From the human T2T-CHM13v2.0 reference genome, Homo sapiens, in the NCBI RefSeq assembly GCF_009914755.1, contig NC_060938.1: a DNA stretch of 64,000 bases; one strand, written 5' to 3'. The notes under the pieces were generated by a model that saw only the letters and a program-made list of their open reading frames with translations, was not told where the DNA came from and did not search any database. This document shows, piece by piece, positions 51,880-64,000 of the stretch. The position numbers and the translations under genes were made by a program. The first letter of the stretch is position 1, and every line of letters begins with the position of its first letter.

Positions 51880-52629
51880 TGAGGGTCCCATAAAACTTTT
51901 TAAAAATCTTAAACTCCTTCGACAGAAATTTCAGGCATGTAACTGGCCCTAAAAAAATAAATAAACAACTTAACAATTAAAAAAATAGATTAAAACAATA
52001 GCTAAAAAAATTAAAATCATGGGCTATCTGGTGGTTCCTTATAAAAACTAAACATAACATCTTAACATATGTCCCTGAGTTGTTCTTCAAAAACCCAGAC
52101 CCCTGCCAAACGGACCCGCTAACACATAGACATCAGATAAGGAGGTTTATGTGTTAGCAGGAAACTGAGGACTAAACCCTGAACTCCATTCTTTGTTCTA
52201 AATTTTTTCCTGAGGTGCCTAGAGAAAGTCACACCTATGAGCCACAGCTAACATTCTTTTCTGCTGACTCCAAATTTTAAACAAAACTTCTCTTCCTTAA
52301 CCAACTACAATCAGAAAATATTTCAATCTACCGATGATCTGTAAGACCCTGCTTCAAGATATCCTGCCCTTTTTAAGCAGAACTAATGTGTAACCACCAT
52401 ATATTGATTTACAATTTTGCCTATAACTTCTGCTTTCCTAAAATTTACCCATGTCTTTTAAAGCTCTTACTTACAAGCCATCAGGGAGGTCAGGTGTTAA
52501 GCATGAGCTGCTGGATTCTCCTTGCTTGGTGGCCCACAAACAAATGACCTCCTTTTTTCCCACTACAAACCTCATTATAAACATTTGGCCTTATTCTGGG
52601 CAAGCGAACCCCAGTTTGGTTCAATAACA
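51880..52629 (+). mobile_element. ERV1 solo LTR, MER39-like (5' boundary uncertain)
   Basis: aacatatgtccctgagttgtt...gcttcaagatatcctgccc...ggcaagcgaaccccagtttggttcaataaca. Confidence 0.7.
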
Positions 52630-52759
52630 CCTTTAGGAATATTATTATATCCCAGGGTGTTGCCATTCCTAGAGTGTTACCAACTCGATAAAATTGGAAC
52701 AGAACCCACACTGTCCATTTCCAGTATGTTCTCCACACATCTATCATGGTGGATGGACC

Positions 52760-53900
52760 CCACAGTCCAGCTGTGGGGACAAGACAAGAATACAAGTGAT
52801 ATGAATACAATCAGCCCAAGAGAGGTACAAACCATGAATGACGGGAGGTCAAAGAGGGTAGAGATCTCACCTGGTGGAAGAGCCGTGGTGGTGTTCAAGG
52901 GAGCCATGAAGAATGATAGATAGAATTTCATCCATTTGGGCTAGAGAAGTGGGGAAAAGAATTCTACACTTTTTAGGTAAAGTGGCATAAGCAGAAATAT
53001 GAAGATGGAGAAGGGCCAGAAGTCATTTGATCTGATTGATATATAAGGTCCAGGAGGGAAGGATCAGGGGATAAGGTTGAGCAGGGCTTTGTCATAAAAG
53101 ACCTTAAGTACGGGGTGAGCAATTTACACTTAATTTGTCAGTCAGTGGGGAGCCATTGGGGGTTTGGTAAAGGAATGTCTAATCACAGCTGTGCTTGTGG
53201 AAGAGAAATTATTCTCATAAGATGACTCAGAAGGGAGAAAGATGGGAGGGAGGGATACTGAAGAGTAAGTTGCCAGAATATTTCAGATGAGGATTAATGT
53301 GGGTTTAAACAAGAGTGGTTATGGAGAGAGAAGGTAATGGTATAATCTAGGGGACATGATAATTGATTGAGTGTTATGGGAAAAGGAACAATAAAAGATG
53401 AATCCAAGGTCACCAGCCTGAGGGGACAGAACACTGATGTAGCAATTAAGCAAAACAGTAAAGCAAGTGGAGGGACAGTTCCGGGAGGCTGGTGAATTAG
53501 GGTTGAGGTGCCAGATAGAGCTGTAGGTAATATGGAGCTGGAGGACTGGAAACTGAAACTAAATATTCCACTAGCCCTATAGCTGTGTCACTGTGGCATC
53601 TAACTCTATGCTTCATATACAGCAGGTGTGCAATCAATGAATGATCTCAATTGGAGAGTCATCTCCACGAGTGTGACAGGTGAAACCTAGGAGAGGCTTT
53701 GCACAAAAAGAGCAAAGTTTGAGGGCAGAACTATAGGGAGCATATGTATGCATTTAGGGATGAGACATCTAGAGATGTGAGTCAGAGAGGAGAAAAGAAC
53801 AGAGTAATCGCAAAGAGAGATAATGCTGGGGTAAGGAGGTCAAGATGAAGGCGAGTTTTGATAAAGGAGCAGTAAGTAGAAAAGGTTGAAAATGCAAAAT
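52760..53900 (-). mobile_element. L2 LINE, long diverged fragment
   Basis: cagtggggagccattg...cagatgag...aaagatgaatccaagg...attggagagtcatc. Confidence 0.7.
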
Positions 53901-53907
53901 GAGGACT

Positions 53908-54339
53908 TGTATTAGTTTCCCAGGGCTGCCTTCAAAAAGTGTCATAAACTGGATGGCTTAAAGCAACAGAAATTTATTCTCTCAGAGTTCTGCAAGCTGG
54001 AAGTCCAATATCAAGGTGTTGGCAGGACCACATTCCCTCCAAAACCTCTAGGAAAGGAGATTCCATTGCCTCTTCCTGGCTTCTGGTGATTCCAGGTGTT
54101 CCTTGGCTGTAACAGCCAGCAGAACTCCAATCCCTTCACACGAGTCTTCTCCCCATGTGTTTCCACGTCTTTACATGTTCTCTTATAAGGACATCAGTCA
54201 TACTGGATTAAGGGCCCACCATACTCAAGTATGACCTCATCTTAACTAACTACATCTGCAAATAAGGTCACATTCTGAGGTACTACGGGTTAGAACTTCA
54301 ACATTTCTTTTTGGAGCACACGACTCAACCCATATAACA
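53908..54339 (-). mobile_element. MLT1B/C-like solo LTR
   Basis: tgtattagtttcccagggctgcc...caacagaaatttattctctc...tatgacctcatcttaact...caacccatataaca; AGGAC on both flanks. Confidence 0.88.
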
Positions 54340-55787
54340 AGGACCTAGTACAGATGGTTGTGTTTAGCAGTCAAGAGGTGACTGGTAAGGTTTGCAAGAA
54401 CGCCATTTGGCTCAAAACATGGGAATGGAAACCAGATGGCCTGGGGGTAAAGAGTGAAGTATGGGCAGGGGATAGAGTTGGGGACAAAAAGCATTGCAAA
54501 GAGTGGGAGGAGGGCTCTTCCCGCGTGTGATTGATTTTTTCTCTTCTGCAGGTGCAGGCATGGTTGTGCACTCTGCAGAAGGTTATACTTTGAAGCCACC
54601 AAGATTCATTCCATGACTCCATCATCCTTCCACAGGAGTATATGCTGCTGGCCTGGTAGGACTGTGGCTCTTGACATCAGAGTTTGTTTTCTCAGGATTT
54701 TAGTGGCTGAAATGGGTTTCCATTTTGGTTCAAATGACTTCTTTTTTTTTTTTTTTTTTTCAAACCAGACTACTGGCTGTTTATGCAGGTATTTGAAGTT
54801 GGAGTTCTTTTCTCTCTGGAGCCCAGCTCCCAAAATGGAGACAAGACCATCTGTCTGACTTGGTCCTGTCTCAAGTGGAAAAAATGCTTAGTATTAACAA
54901 GGTATTGGAGAACATAATAACAATGAATATGTAATACTGGATGAGTTAAACACAAAATGATAAACAAGTGTGAGTCTGCAAATATCTTCATTCATTCACG
55001 AAGATCAGCAGTTGAAATTATGACCCACTCCAGACAACAATGATGCCATGTTGGTAACACAGATATTCCTCAAAGTTCCAGGAATCCCAGCTCTCTGTGT
55101 ATCCACACACATAATAGGAGCTTCAGCTATGTGCCAACTAGTGTGAGAACACCAGACTCTGGTGATCTACTGAATCAGAGTCCCCAGGAGACTCAAGAAG
55201 CTGCTCATTTTAGTTCATAAATACATACCTTTAGCTTTCTGACAATCTAATTGCGTGCTTGGTATGTTATTAAGAACTAGCCAATATTCATACACAAAAA
55301 TGAAAGCCTATAGAACTGTGCATCATTTCTCATCAGAATTGCCAAGAGCACTCATATTTTCCCATCTCTTTGCCATCCTCATAGTCCACCACTTGACTGG
55401 ACCATCCTTGACCATGAACCATACTTTGAGAAACATGGCTCTAGAAGACAGGCCAGGTGTAGTTAGGAAACTCCTCCCAGGCCCACAGGACTAGGCAGCC
55501 TCTCACAGCAAACAGCCATTGGCTCAGTGGCCTGTGCAGTATATTGAAAAGACTCCTCACCCAGGAGTAAAAAGACCTGATCTGGCTGGCACCATGACCT
55601 GGAGCACCTCGCTTTTCTTCTCCCAGGGCCTGGTTCCTCACCTGCAAAATGAGAGGATCAGATTAGTTCAGTGGCCCCCATGGAGGAATAAAGGGGCGTG
55701 AAGCAGGCTTCAGGTTTTTTATTTTTTATTTTTTTAATATACTGAGGTTCCACTTAAAACTTATTAGAAAAATAATAAAGGCGCTAC

Positions 55788-56073
<286 letters not shown>

Positions 56074-56494
56074 TAAGCTTCTTCCAGTTAGGTGGTTCTA
56101 AGCATGTTTGTTTGTTTTCATGGCCCCAATTTCCCTGGGAATTACTCTCCCGTAAGAATTAGTGGTATTGCAGTAAGACACTAACCTAGATTTCACGGGT
56201 CTTGCCTCACCTGCTTACGCAGGGCCTCCACTCTGTAAGTGGTCCCCAGATTCCTTTAGGGGGCTGGGGTGCTTCTCATAGGCTTGTTAACCAGTCTGCT
56301 CCTGAAAGGCATTGCTGCCACTCCATCTTCTCAGGCCAGCCATTTGCTGGGCAACATCCTGGCTTTCAGCCTCTTTCTTCTCCTATCTCACCTGGAGCAC
56401 TTGTGAATTCAAGGCTGCCTGAGGCTCTGTGGGAAAGTTGAGAAAGTCTTGCATCCCTCTTGCGTTACACTCTGTCTTACTATTTTTGGCAAAT

Positions 56495-56855
56495 AATATG
56501 GTAGAAAGAGCACTGATCTTGGAACCAGGCAGAGGTGAGTTCAAATCCCAGCTCTACTTCTTAGTAGGAAGGAGGGCTCCTCTGTAATGCCAGCCCTGCA
56601 ACCCAAGCCAGTCACTATACCTCCAAACACCTCCACTAGTATCAGTGTCTTATCTTTAAGAAGGACCTACCTGGTTGCAGTGAGCCGAGATGGCGCCATT
56701 GCACTCCAGCCTGGGAGACAGAGCGAGACTGCATCTCAAAAAAAAAAAAAAGAACAACTATATACGGTTGTTAGAAGGATTAAGTCACATAAAGTATTGA
56801 AAGCATGTAGTATAGTGACTGAAATCTAACTTGTTCAGCAAATGGTTCTTATTCT
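56495..56855 (+). mobile_element. MIR SINE interrupted by an Alu 3' fragment
   Basis: tatggtagaaagagcactga...gagttcaaatcccagctctac...ggttgttagaaggattaag. Confidence 0.7.
56673..56751 (+). mobile_element. Alu 3'-terminal fragment (~80 bp)
   Basis: ggttgcagtgagccgagatggcgccattgcactccagcctggg...ctc plus poly-A. Confidence 0.93.
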
Positions 56856-58229
56856 CATTATCAGACTGACATGAGTTCAACAGGGCTGGCTGGAAAACAA
56901 AAATCGAGTGGTGAGTTCTAAGATCAACTCTTCTGACCACCAAGGTTTTCTTGGAGAATTAAGCTAGTTAATGCTGGCTCTTTTATTCACTAGAATGAAT
57001 GATCTCCCAGGACACTTCTTAACAGACTTCTGAGAAGCAGTCTACATGAATTAGGCATGGCTTAACCTCAGGCCTTCCCAGCTGTGCTTCCAGTGGATGA
57101 GGAATCTTCTGAAGAGTCAGGGTACAGAACAGGCAGGGGGAGGTAAGGAAATTAGAGAGTATAGGAATCTGCTGCCTCAGCAAATGCTACTCAATGGCCT
57201 GGCATCTGAGAATCTTCCCCCTGTCTTGCAAAGGTGACTTCCCTGAGAGAAGCTATATGTGGAGTCATCTAGATGAATTGGGTGTTACTAAGTGAGACAG
57301 CTATTTTTCTAGATAGCCCCTTTGGTAAAGCAAAGAGGAGGTTACCCTTTGAAAACATTCCCCAGTGGATCTTTTGGAAGATGAAGAGATGGTTGAACCC
57401 TCAGCCTAAAGAAAAACGGAATTGCTACCTGGACAATCACTCCATTTTTCTTCCTTTCCTCTCCATATCTCTTGGGCCCTTTAATGCCTTGTGAAGCCAA
57501 ATTTGTTCTAATTATAAAGGCAGTGACCAGTGAGAATTATTCCAGGGTATGCATAATCTATGACCCAATCATGGCAGCCCCAGGGCCCAGATGGATTTAT
57601 TCCAATGCTCCTTTTCCTCCCCTACAATTGGATTCATTCTGAAAAGAACCCCTCATCCCCTGAAATTCACCAAAGCTGTACAAGCTCTGTGGAAGACAAC
57701 TGAGATTCTTCAATTCACCTGGGAGTATGGAGGAAATAGATCTTTACTTTTGAGTTTGAGAAAGCCAGCCAGGTAGCCAACCAGTAAACACGTTTGTTGG
57801 GTGCAGATGCTTTCTTTGCCTCCAGCTTGTTTAGTTTGCATCTGGAATCTGTTTTGCTGCATCAGAAAGAACTCTACAAACAACTTATTTTTGGTCCACT
57901 TTTCTGGCCCAACATACTAGGTGAGGTGGAATACAAGAATCACAGTGGTCTGTTAGCTTCACACAGGATCCTCTTCCTACCTCCTATTGGTCTCAAACAA
58001 ATCATCTGTGCATTTCCTCTCGCACTGTTAGAAGACCTTGTGTTTAGGCTGGTTTTGCCCTGTTAGTGATTAGCTGTTTGGGGCCATTGATGTGCTAGTG
58101 TGTTTGTAAGTCCTGAGCCATTTCTGGAAGATGGCAGCTCCTTCTTGGAGGTGTTGCCTATGATCATTAGAATATCTCTGTGTCATGGTAACAGGGCCAT
58201 ACGTGATGTGAGCCCATATTGGATGAGAG

Positions 58230-58590
58230 TCCCAGAACCACTACAGCAAAGATTGAATATCTATGTGCTCTTCCACGCTGCCACACCCTTGGGCAGAGCC
58301 AGCTGTTACTAGGCTGTGAGTGGAAGTGACATATGTCATACCTAAGACAGGGCATTTAAAAACTAGTGCTTGACCTTCAGTTTATCTGTTATGCTTGCTG
58401 CAAAGACCTTGGAAGCCTGACAAAAACAATGAAGCTTTTGTCAGCTTGGATCTTTGTGTGTGAACTTCCTTGGACAGTCCCAAGAACAATAGTGGATTTT
58501 ATATGAAAGAGAAATAAACTTTACGTTTTAAGTCACTAGAATTCTCAGTTTTTGTTACTGTCACATAGCCTAGACTATCCTAACTAACAG
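58230..58590 (+). mobile_element. MLT1H-like LTR
   Basis: gtgagtggaagtgacatatgtca...gagaaataaactt...ttgttactg...atcctaactaaca. Confidence 0.65.
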
Positions 58591-58933
58591 ATCCACTAAA
58601 GGTTTAGAGTTTGAAGAACCTTAGAGATTGGTCTAAACTTACCAATTCATAGATAAGGAAATGAAGGCACAGAAAAATGAGGTGCTAGAAAGAGAAAGAG
58701 AAAGAGAGAGAGAGAGAGAGAGGCAACACTCAAACTGGAACTTCCAATTTAGCTGTCTCTACCATCACAGAGTATATTTTGTGCTGATTTATATATAACC
58801 TGGATTTAATATTTTCAACCTCACTTCACAGTTAGCCACAATTCTTGATTAACTGAAAAGTGGACACTACTAGACCAAGGGCTCTTCTCTTGTTTTTTGA
58901 CAAAACCACTCTTTCATCAATGATCTTAGCTGT

Positions 58934-59317
58934 TGTATTAGTCTATTCTTGCATTGCTCTAAAGAACTACCCGAGACTGGGTAATTTATAAAGAAAAGAG
59001 GTGCAATTGACTCACACTTCCACAGGCTGTACAGGATGCATGGCTGGGGAAGTCTTAGAAAACTTACCATCATGGCAGAAAGCAAAGAGGAAGGAGGCAC
59101 ATCTTCACATGGCCAGAGCAGGAGGAAGAGAGGAAAGGGGAAGTGCTACACACTTTTAAACAACCAGATCTTGTGAGAACTCACTCACTATCATGAGAAC
59201 AGCAAGGGGGGAGATCTGCCCCTGTGATTCAGTCACCTCCTACCAGGCCCTCCTCCAACACTGGGGATTACAATTTGATATGAGATTTGGGTGGGGACAC
59301 AAATTCAAACCATATCA
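58934..59317 (-). mobile_element. MSTA-like MaLR solo LTR
   Basis: tgtattagtc...gggtaatttataaagaaaagagg...gagatttgggtggggacaca...aaaccatatca; perfect GCTGT TSD. Confidence 0.92.
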
Positions 59318-59521
59318 GCTGTCCTGCTCTAACTTCAGAGAAAACAAGATGGTACTACTAGATTCTATACTCATGTAATTTCCTCATAATGTATAAACTG
59401 ATATGAACCCTAGGGTGAGGGTACTTAAGATGTCTGGGAAGTTTAGATTCTGAATATATCTCAATATCTTTTTATTCTCACTAGCTACTTATCCATCTAA
59501 TCCATTCATACCCAATCCCTG

Positions 59522-59551
59522 GTGTGTGTGTGTGTGTATGTGTGTGTGTGT
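59522..59551. repeat. (GT)n microsatellite
   Basis: Directly visible, with one interruption. Confidence 0.95.
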
Positions 59552-60067
59552 AGAGGTATTACTTACCTAGAGTCTTGATGAGTGGTAGCAAAAACCAAAT
59601 TCTAGATGAAATATGAATGGGAATAGTGGCTCAAGTCAGGCTACTATATCGACAGCAAGTCATCAAATCATGAGCATGTAAAATAAAAATTGGAGGCAGA
59701 GAGACAACCAGATAGAGGCTTCAAAAGCAGGGAGAACTAGTGTGGATCAGAACAAGTGAGACAACAGTGGTTGCTGTCTAGGAGTCATCCTAGAGCTATG
59801 GCCAACATTCCAAGCTTACATTTTACATGTTTATAGCATGTGATTTTGTAGACAGCCCAGATTCATGAGAGTGACCTAGGCGATAGACCCTGACTAATAA
59901 ACTGGGATTAAGACTACTCTAATCCACTCCTGCTTACACTCGGTCCCCTGTAAATGATATCAACATCTAACCTTGCCTTTTCCTCGTTAACTTGGCCCAG
60001 TTTTTCTGAAGTGCTGCCAGATACCACAATAAATCATGAGAGTACCAGGTATTTCCTAGGTCTATTC

Positions 60068-60440
60068 TGTAATGATTACCTGCAGAGGTAGGTGGATGCG
60101 TGCCCAAAATTTGGTTTGGATATTGAAACTGATGATGCCACACAAAACAAGGGGGTTTGAAAAGGTTTGGACAACATAACTGAGGTCTCTGAGGAGAGCA
60201 GGGCAGTCCTCTCACGCAGGTCTGAAATAGCTTGAGGGAGCCAGGAAAGGGTTTTTATTGTGGTTAGTGGGTGGGGCTGGCTTGAAAGTTCCCAGGCAGG
60301 GATGAGAGTGCTTGGTCTGAATCTTTTACCCTCACCAAAGGAGGGCACGCCCAGGCCTTCTTATGTAGGCATATGGGGAAGAGGGAGGGGTGGCTTAAAA
60401 GCTGTCAGGTGCCAAACATCAAAAAATGGAGTCAGACACC
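60068..60440 (-). mobile_element. Probable ERVL-class LTR (family uncertain)
   Basis: gaaactgatgatgccacac...ttttattgtggttag...aaacatcaaaaaatggagtcagac; recall-based. Confidence 0.45.
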
Positions 60441-62696
60441 TCAAGACACATTCCTTTGCCATAACAATGATCTCTCCACTGGTATGAGATGGTAGGCCAG
60501 CTTTCTGCCTTGACGTGTGACTCAGATGTCCTTTACCTTCCCAACCCAGTGCCCCACTGCCACCCAGCAAATCTTGCCTCCTTAGGGTCTTCTCCTCACA
60601 TTCAACTCCAGTCTCTTCCCCATCTCACAGCCTGAAGCACCGCTGCCTTCACTCCTGATGCATCACTAACATGGTACCCAACGTGCTGAACTTTGGAGAC
60701 TGTGGTTAAATTGGAGGAGAGCCCTCCCCGTTAATCTTAAGTTAGTAGTGATTAGGAGGAAGTAAGAGAAATGTATTTTTGAAGATTCAAAAAAATAAAA
60801 AACCGAAAAAGTAGAAAGCAAATGAGGAATACAGAAGGGAAGGTAAGTGGCTGTATAAATGGAGACTGAATTGGGCTGTGTCTTTCTAACTGCCTGGATC
60901 ATCCAACATCTTTGCCAGTACCTGGATAATTCTGCTGCCTGCTTCCCATGGCTATTCTATCTGGCACCCTCATGGCAGAGGCCTGGAGGAAGATGGCAGA
61001 GGACAAGCTGGTGGATGTTGAATTCTGACCCCGCCCTTCTATTTTCTTATCTCTGTGACTCTAGTTTGGTTCCTTGTCTAAAGAAAGCTGGTCAATGGCC
61101 AGGCTGTTTTGCTCCTGACAGAAACAAGCTCACAGAACTCTCTCTCATTCAGGGCTTTAATTGGCCTTTTCTTTTGTGATACGTGTGAAGACATTCTTCT
61201 GCCTTCTTTGTAAATACTTTCTTTTCTCTAGAGTAGAGAGATGGCCTCCAGCTTTATAATGGATTTTACATGCAGAGAAGGAAAAGAAAATGAGTTTGCA
61301 AGACTCTTTTCTGTTAGCTTGCAACACAAAGAAACATTATCCTCAGCCCGAGCGCCTTAGCAAGCTAAAATTGGCTGCTTCATCAAATGAAGGAGTGATG
61401 AGGTCAAAGACATAGACAGAGATGCTAAAGTCATTAGGTCCCTGGCTGATTTTCTCATTTTAAAAGTTTCCTTTCCTTTGTACTTGATCTTTTTCTGTCA
61501 CCTTTTCTACTTCTGTGGGATTTACTCCTCCCTACGTGTCCACTTCAGTTTCACTATTTTTATGTCCAGAATAGCTGAGCTGCATTCACCTGTTTTCAGA
61601 TCTTATGTTCCCATTTGGATTCTGATAAACTGGTGAGAGGGTTTAGGGAATAATCCCTACATTGGCATAATTAGAGCATGCCATGGTGCTCTTAAAATAC
61701 GTGTACACACCCAATTCTTTAAGACTTGACTCTGGCTGAAAATGCATCTGAATATCAGTTGATAGTTATAGGGATGACAGGCATGAGTAGTCTTAGAGGT
61801 CAGAGAGAGATTTGGAATTAAAATGGTATTAAAGAAAGAGTTTTGCCCAGAGAATCCAGGAATACTTGAAGCCTGCCCGCGTTAATGACTTCTCCCTGCA
61901 GAGGAGGTCTCCAAGGGAGATATATGCGTAGGACAATGGTGGGCCAAGCAGAGTGATACTTCATGACAGCTGGGGCTTCTACCTAGGACCCAGGCAGAAC
62001 TTGAGTAGGTCCTGGACTACCTTGCTTTTCTAGGCAAGAGAATTCAGTGTCCTTGTTATTCTCCAGAACCACTTCCATCAGCACCAGAGAAAATGGAATC
62101 AGAGACAGAACAAAGAAATGCCAAATCAGTGCCCTGGAATCTGGCCAGTCGGGCCCATGGACTCCTCCCCAGTCTAAACTATAACTAAAGAGAAGTTGAA
62201 AGTGGCCTCAGATGCATTCTCTGTGGAGATCAGAAAAGAGACATCTTGAAGACCTGGTGTTACTAAAGAAACAAACTTGTCACTCTTCATCAACACCCTC
62301 AGCCACTTCTTGTCCTCCCTCTGTCCCCTCCCACAATCTAACTCTGAAGTTGGGCTTCAAATCTAACATCTACTCAAGCCCTCTTATTCACCAAATACAG
62401 TGAATTAGAATAATTCACTATATTAATTGCTTCCAGACCCACCCTCATGTTCCCTCTTATTGTCCTGCTATGTCCTCCCTTCATTTCAAAGAGAGTATTT
62501 TCTCTAAGAAACCTCCCCAAATCTACCAAGAGGTATCTGTATCCTTCTTGTCCCCCCATTTATATGTGAAGAGTCCTCCAGGATGTATATATGTTGAGAC
62601 ATTTTCACAACTAATGACATTCATGGCTGTTTCGTGCCATAACCCCCCATGTGGGACCTGCTCTGTGTTCTGCAGCCCTGTCTCCATGTCTCACAT

Positions 62697-63047
62697 GTTT
62701 GCCAGTTTTCACTAGGCTACACTGTGGTAACAAATATCCCCAACATCTCAGTGGCTTATAACAACCAATGCTTATTTTTCACTCCTATACATGTCAGCTG
62801 TAGCCCCTGCTGTGTCTTCCTCATTCTTGGACCCAGGAGTCCAGGGAGAAGGAATCTTATGGTAGAGAGAAAAGAGCAACAAAGGAAACCGGGTGATGGC
62901 CCTTGGAACTTCTGGTTGGAAGTGGCATGTAGCATGTTGCATCTGCTCATATTCTATTGGCCAAAAAAAGTCATATGGGGTAGAAACTATAATCCTTTCA
63001 TAGGGAGAGGAGAGTGGATAATTGGGAACGATAATGCTGTCTACCTC
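62697..63047 (-). mobile_element. MLT1J-like LTR
   Basis: gtaacaaatatccccaacatctcagtggctta...tgctcatattctattggccaaa. Confidence 0.7.
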
Positions 63048-63219
63048 AGTTCCTGACTAGGGTTGAACAGTCAGGTGCCTTTTGAGTGACACCTGACTGG
63101 TAAGCTCAGTAATTGGCATCAATGAGACATTAATTATTTCTCATAGGAAGATTTGTCTATAGCTTACTTCTTAGAATTGGAGATAAGTTTTTGTTTAAGA
63201 GTCTCTACAATGTGTAATA

Positions 63220-63586
63220 CTGCATTGGACTGAACGTTTGTGTCCCCCACAGATTCATATGTTGAAATCCTAACTGCCAAGGTAATGGTATCAGGAAGTG
63301 GGATCTGGGGGAGAAACTTAGGTCATGAGGTGGAGCCCTCATGAATGGGATAAATGTCCCTATAAATGTTACTCCAAAGAACTCTCTCACCCTCTTTCCA
63401 CCATGTGAGGATATAATGAGCAGTCAGCAGTCTGTAACATGGAAAAGACCCCTCACCAGATTCCCACCATTCTGGCACCCTGGTCTTAGACTTCCAGCCT
63501 TCAGAACTAAGAGAAATAAAATTGCTGGTGTTTATAAGCCACCCAGTCTATGATACTGTGTTACAGCAGTCTGAACTGACTAAGAT
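63220..63586 (+). mobile_element. MLT1A/MLT1A0-like solo LTR
   Basis: ttcatatgttgaaatcctaac...ggtcatgaggtggagccctcatgaatggga...tataagccacccagtctatg...gactaagata. Confidence 0.88.
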
Positions 63587-63879
63587 AAACACATTTCCTG
63601 GTCCTCTTAAACAAATGCTCCTACACCCAGTGTAACTTTTTTTAGAGACTCAGGGTCACAATTATGACCATCAACTTGGGCTTTGTTGTAACAGTTAATA
63701 CTCCTATAGACTACTTGTAGGTATAGGGCTACACGCCTCTTCTTTAAGTGGCTCCCAGGCCACTCTACTTTTGGAGAGCAAGAGGACAATTCATAGTTTT
63801 TCTGTCTCTTCCCAAAATGACAGGCTCTCAGCCGTTCTATCTTGATGATGAGAGCAAGTCTTCCTTTAGCCCTTGTTAT

Positions 63880-64000
63880 TCAGTAGCGTCCGCATCACCC
63901 GGGAGCCCATTAGAGACGGAGAATCGAGGCCCCCTCCCAGGCGTTCTCAATCAGATTCTGCATTTTAATTACTTTCCTAGGTGTTAAATATGCACAATAA
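63880..64000 (+). mobile_element. MER5A-like element (runs off the window)
   Basis: gcatcacccgggagc...aatcagattctgcattttaa...taggtg. Confidence 0.7.

Overview
Mammalian, primate-type (most likely human or other catarrhine) non-coding DNA. It is CpG-poor, has no CpG island and contains no protein-coding exon I can recognise; the six-frame ORFs are chance ORFs, low-complexity ORFs or pieces of transposons. A large part of the window is interspersed repeats: nine Alus or Alu fragments (several with clear TSDs), old L1 3' fragments, many MIR and L2 relics, DNA transposons (MER6B-, MER2-, MER53-, MER58A-, MER81- and MER5-like) and many LTRs. The LTRs include a full-length THE1 (LTR-int-LTR), an MLT2A/HERVL solo LTR, an LTR2/HERV-E solo LTR nested in MER2, and MST, MLT1, MER74-like and MER39-like LTRs. 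Family and subfamily names come from my recall of consensus sequences and need RepeatMasker/Dfam confirmation. I could not name the locus and do not see a new biological system such as an operon, CRISPR array or novel gene. The most unusual directly verifiable structure is a set of local copying and fold-back scars: a perfect palindrome with 83-bp arms inside the MLT2A LTR, twin ~97% identical Alus 793 bp apart, a 90-bp duplicate fused to a beheaded Alu, and an ~85-bp duplicate plus a multi-orientation motif inside a TA tract. There is also a co-oriented cluster of LTRs carrying DUX4-type motifs and several candidate regulatory elements and lncRNA exons.
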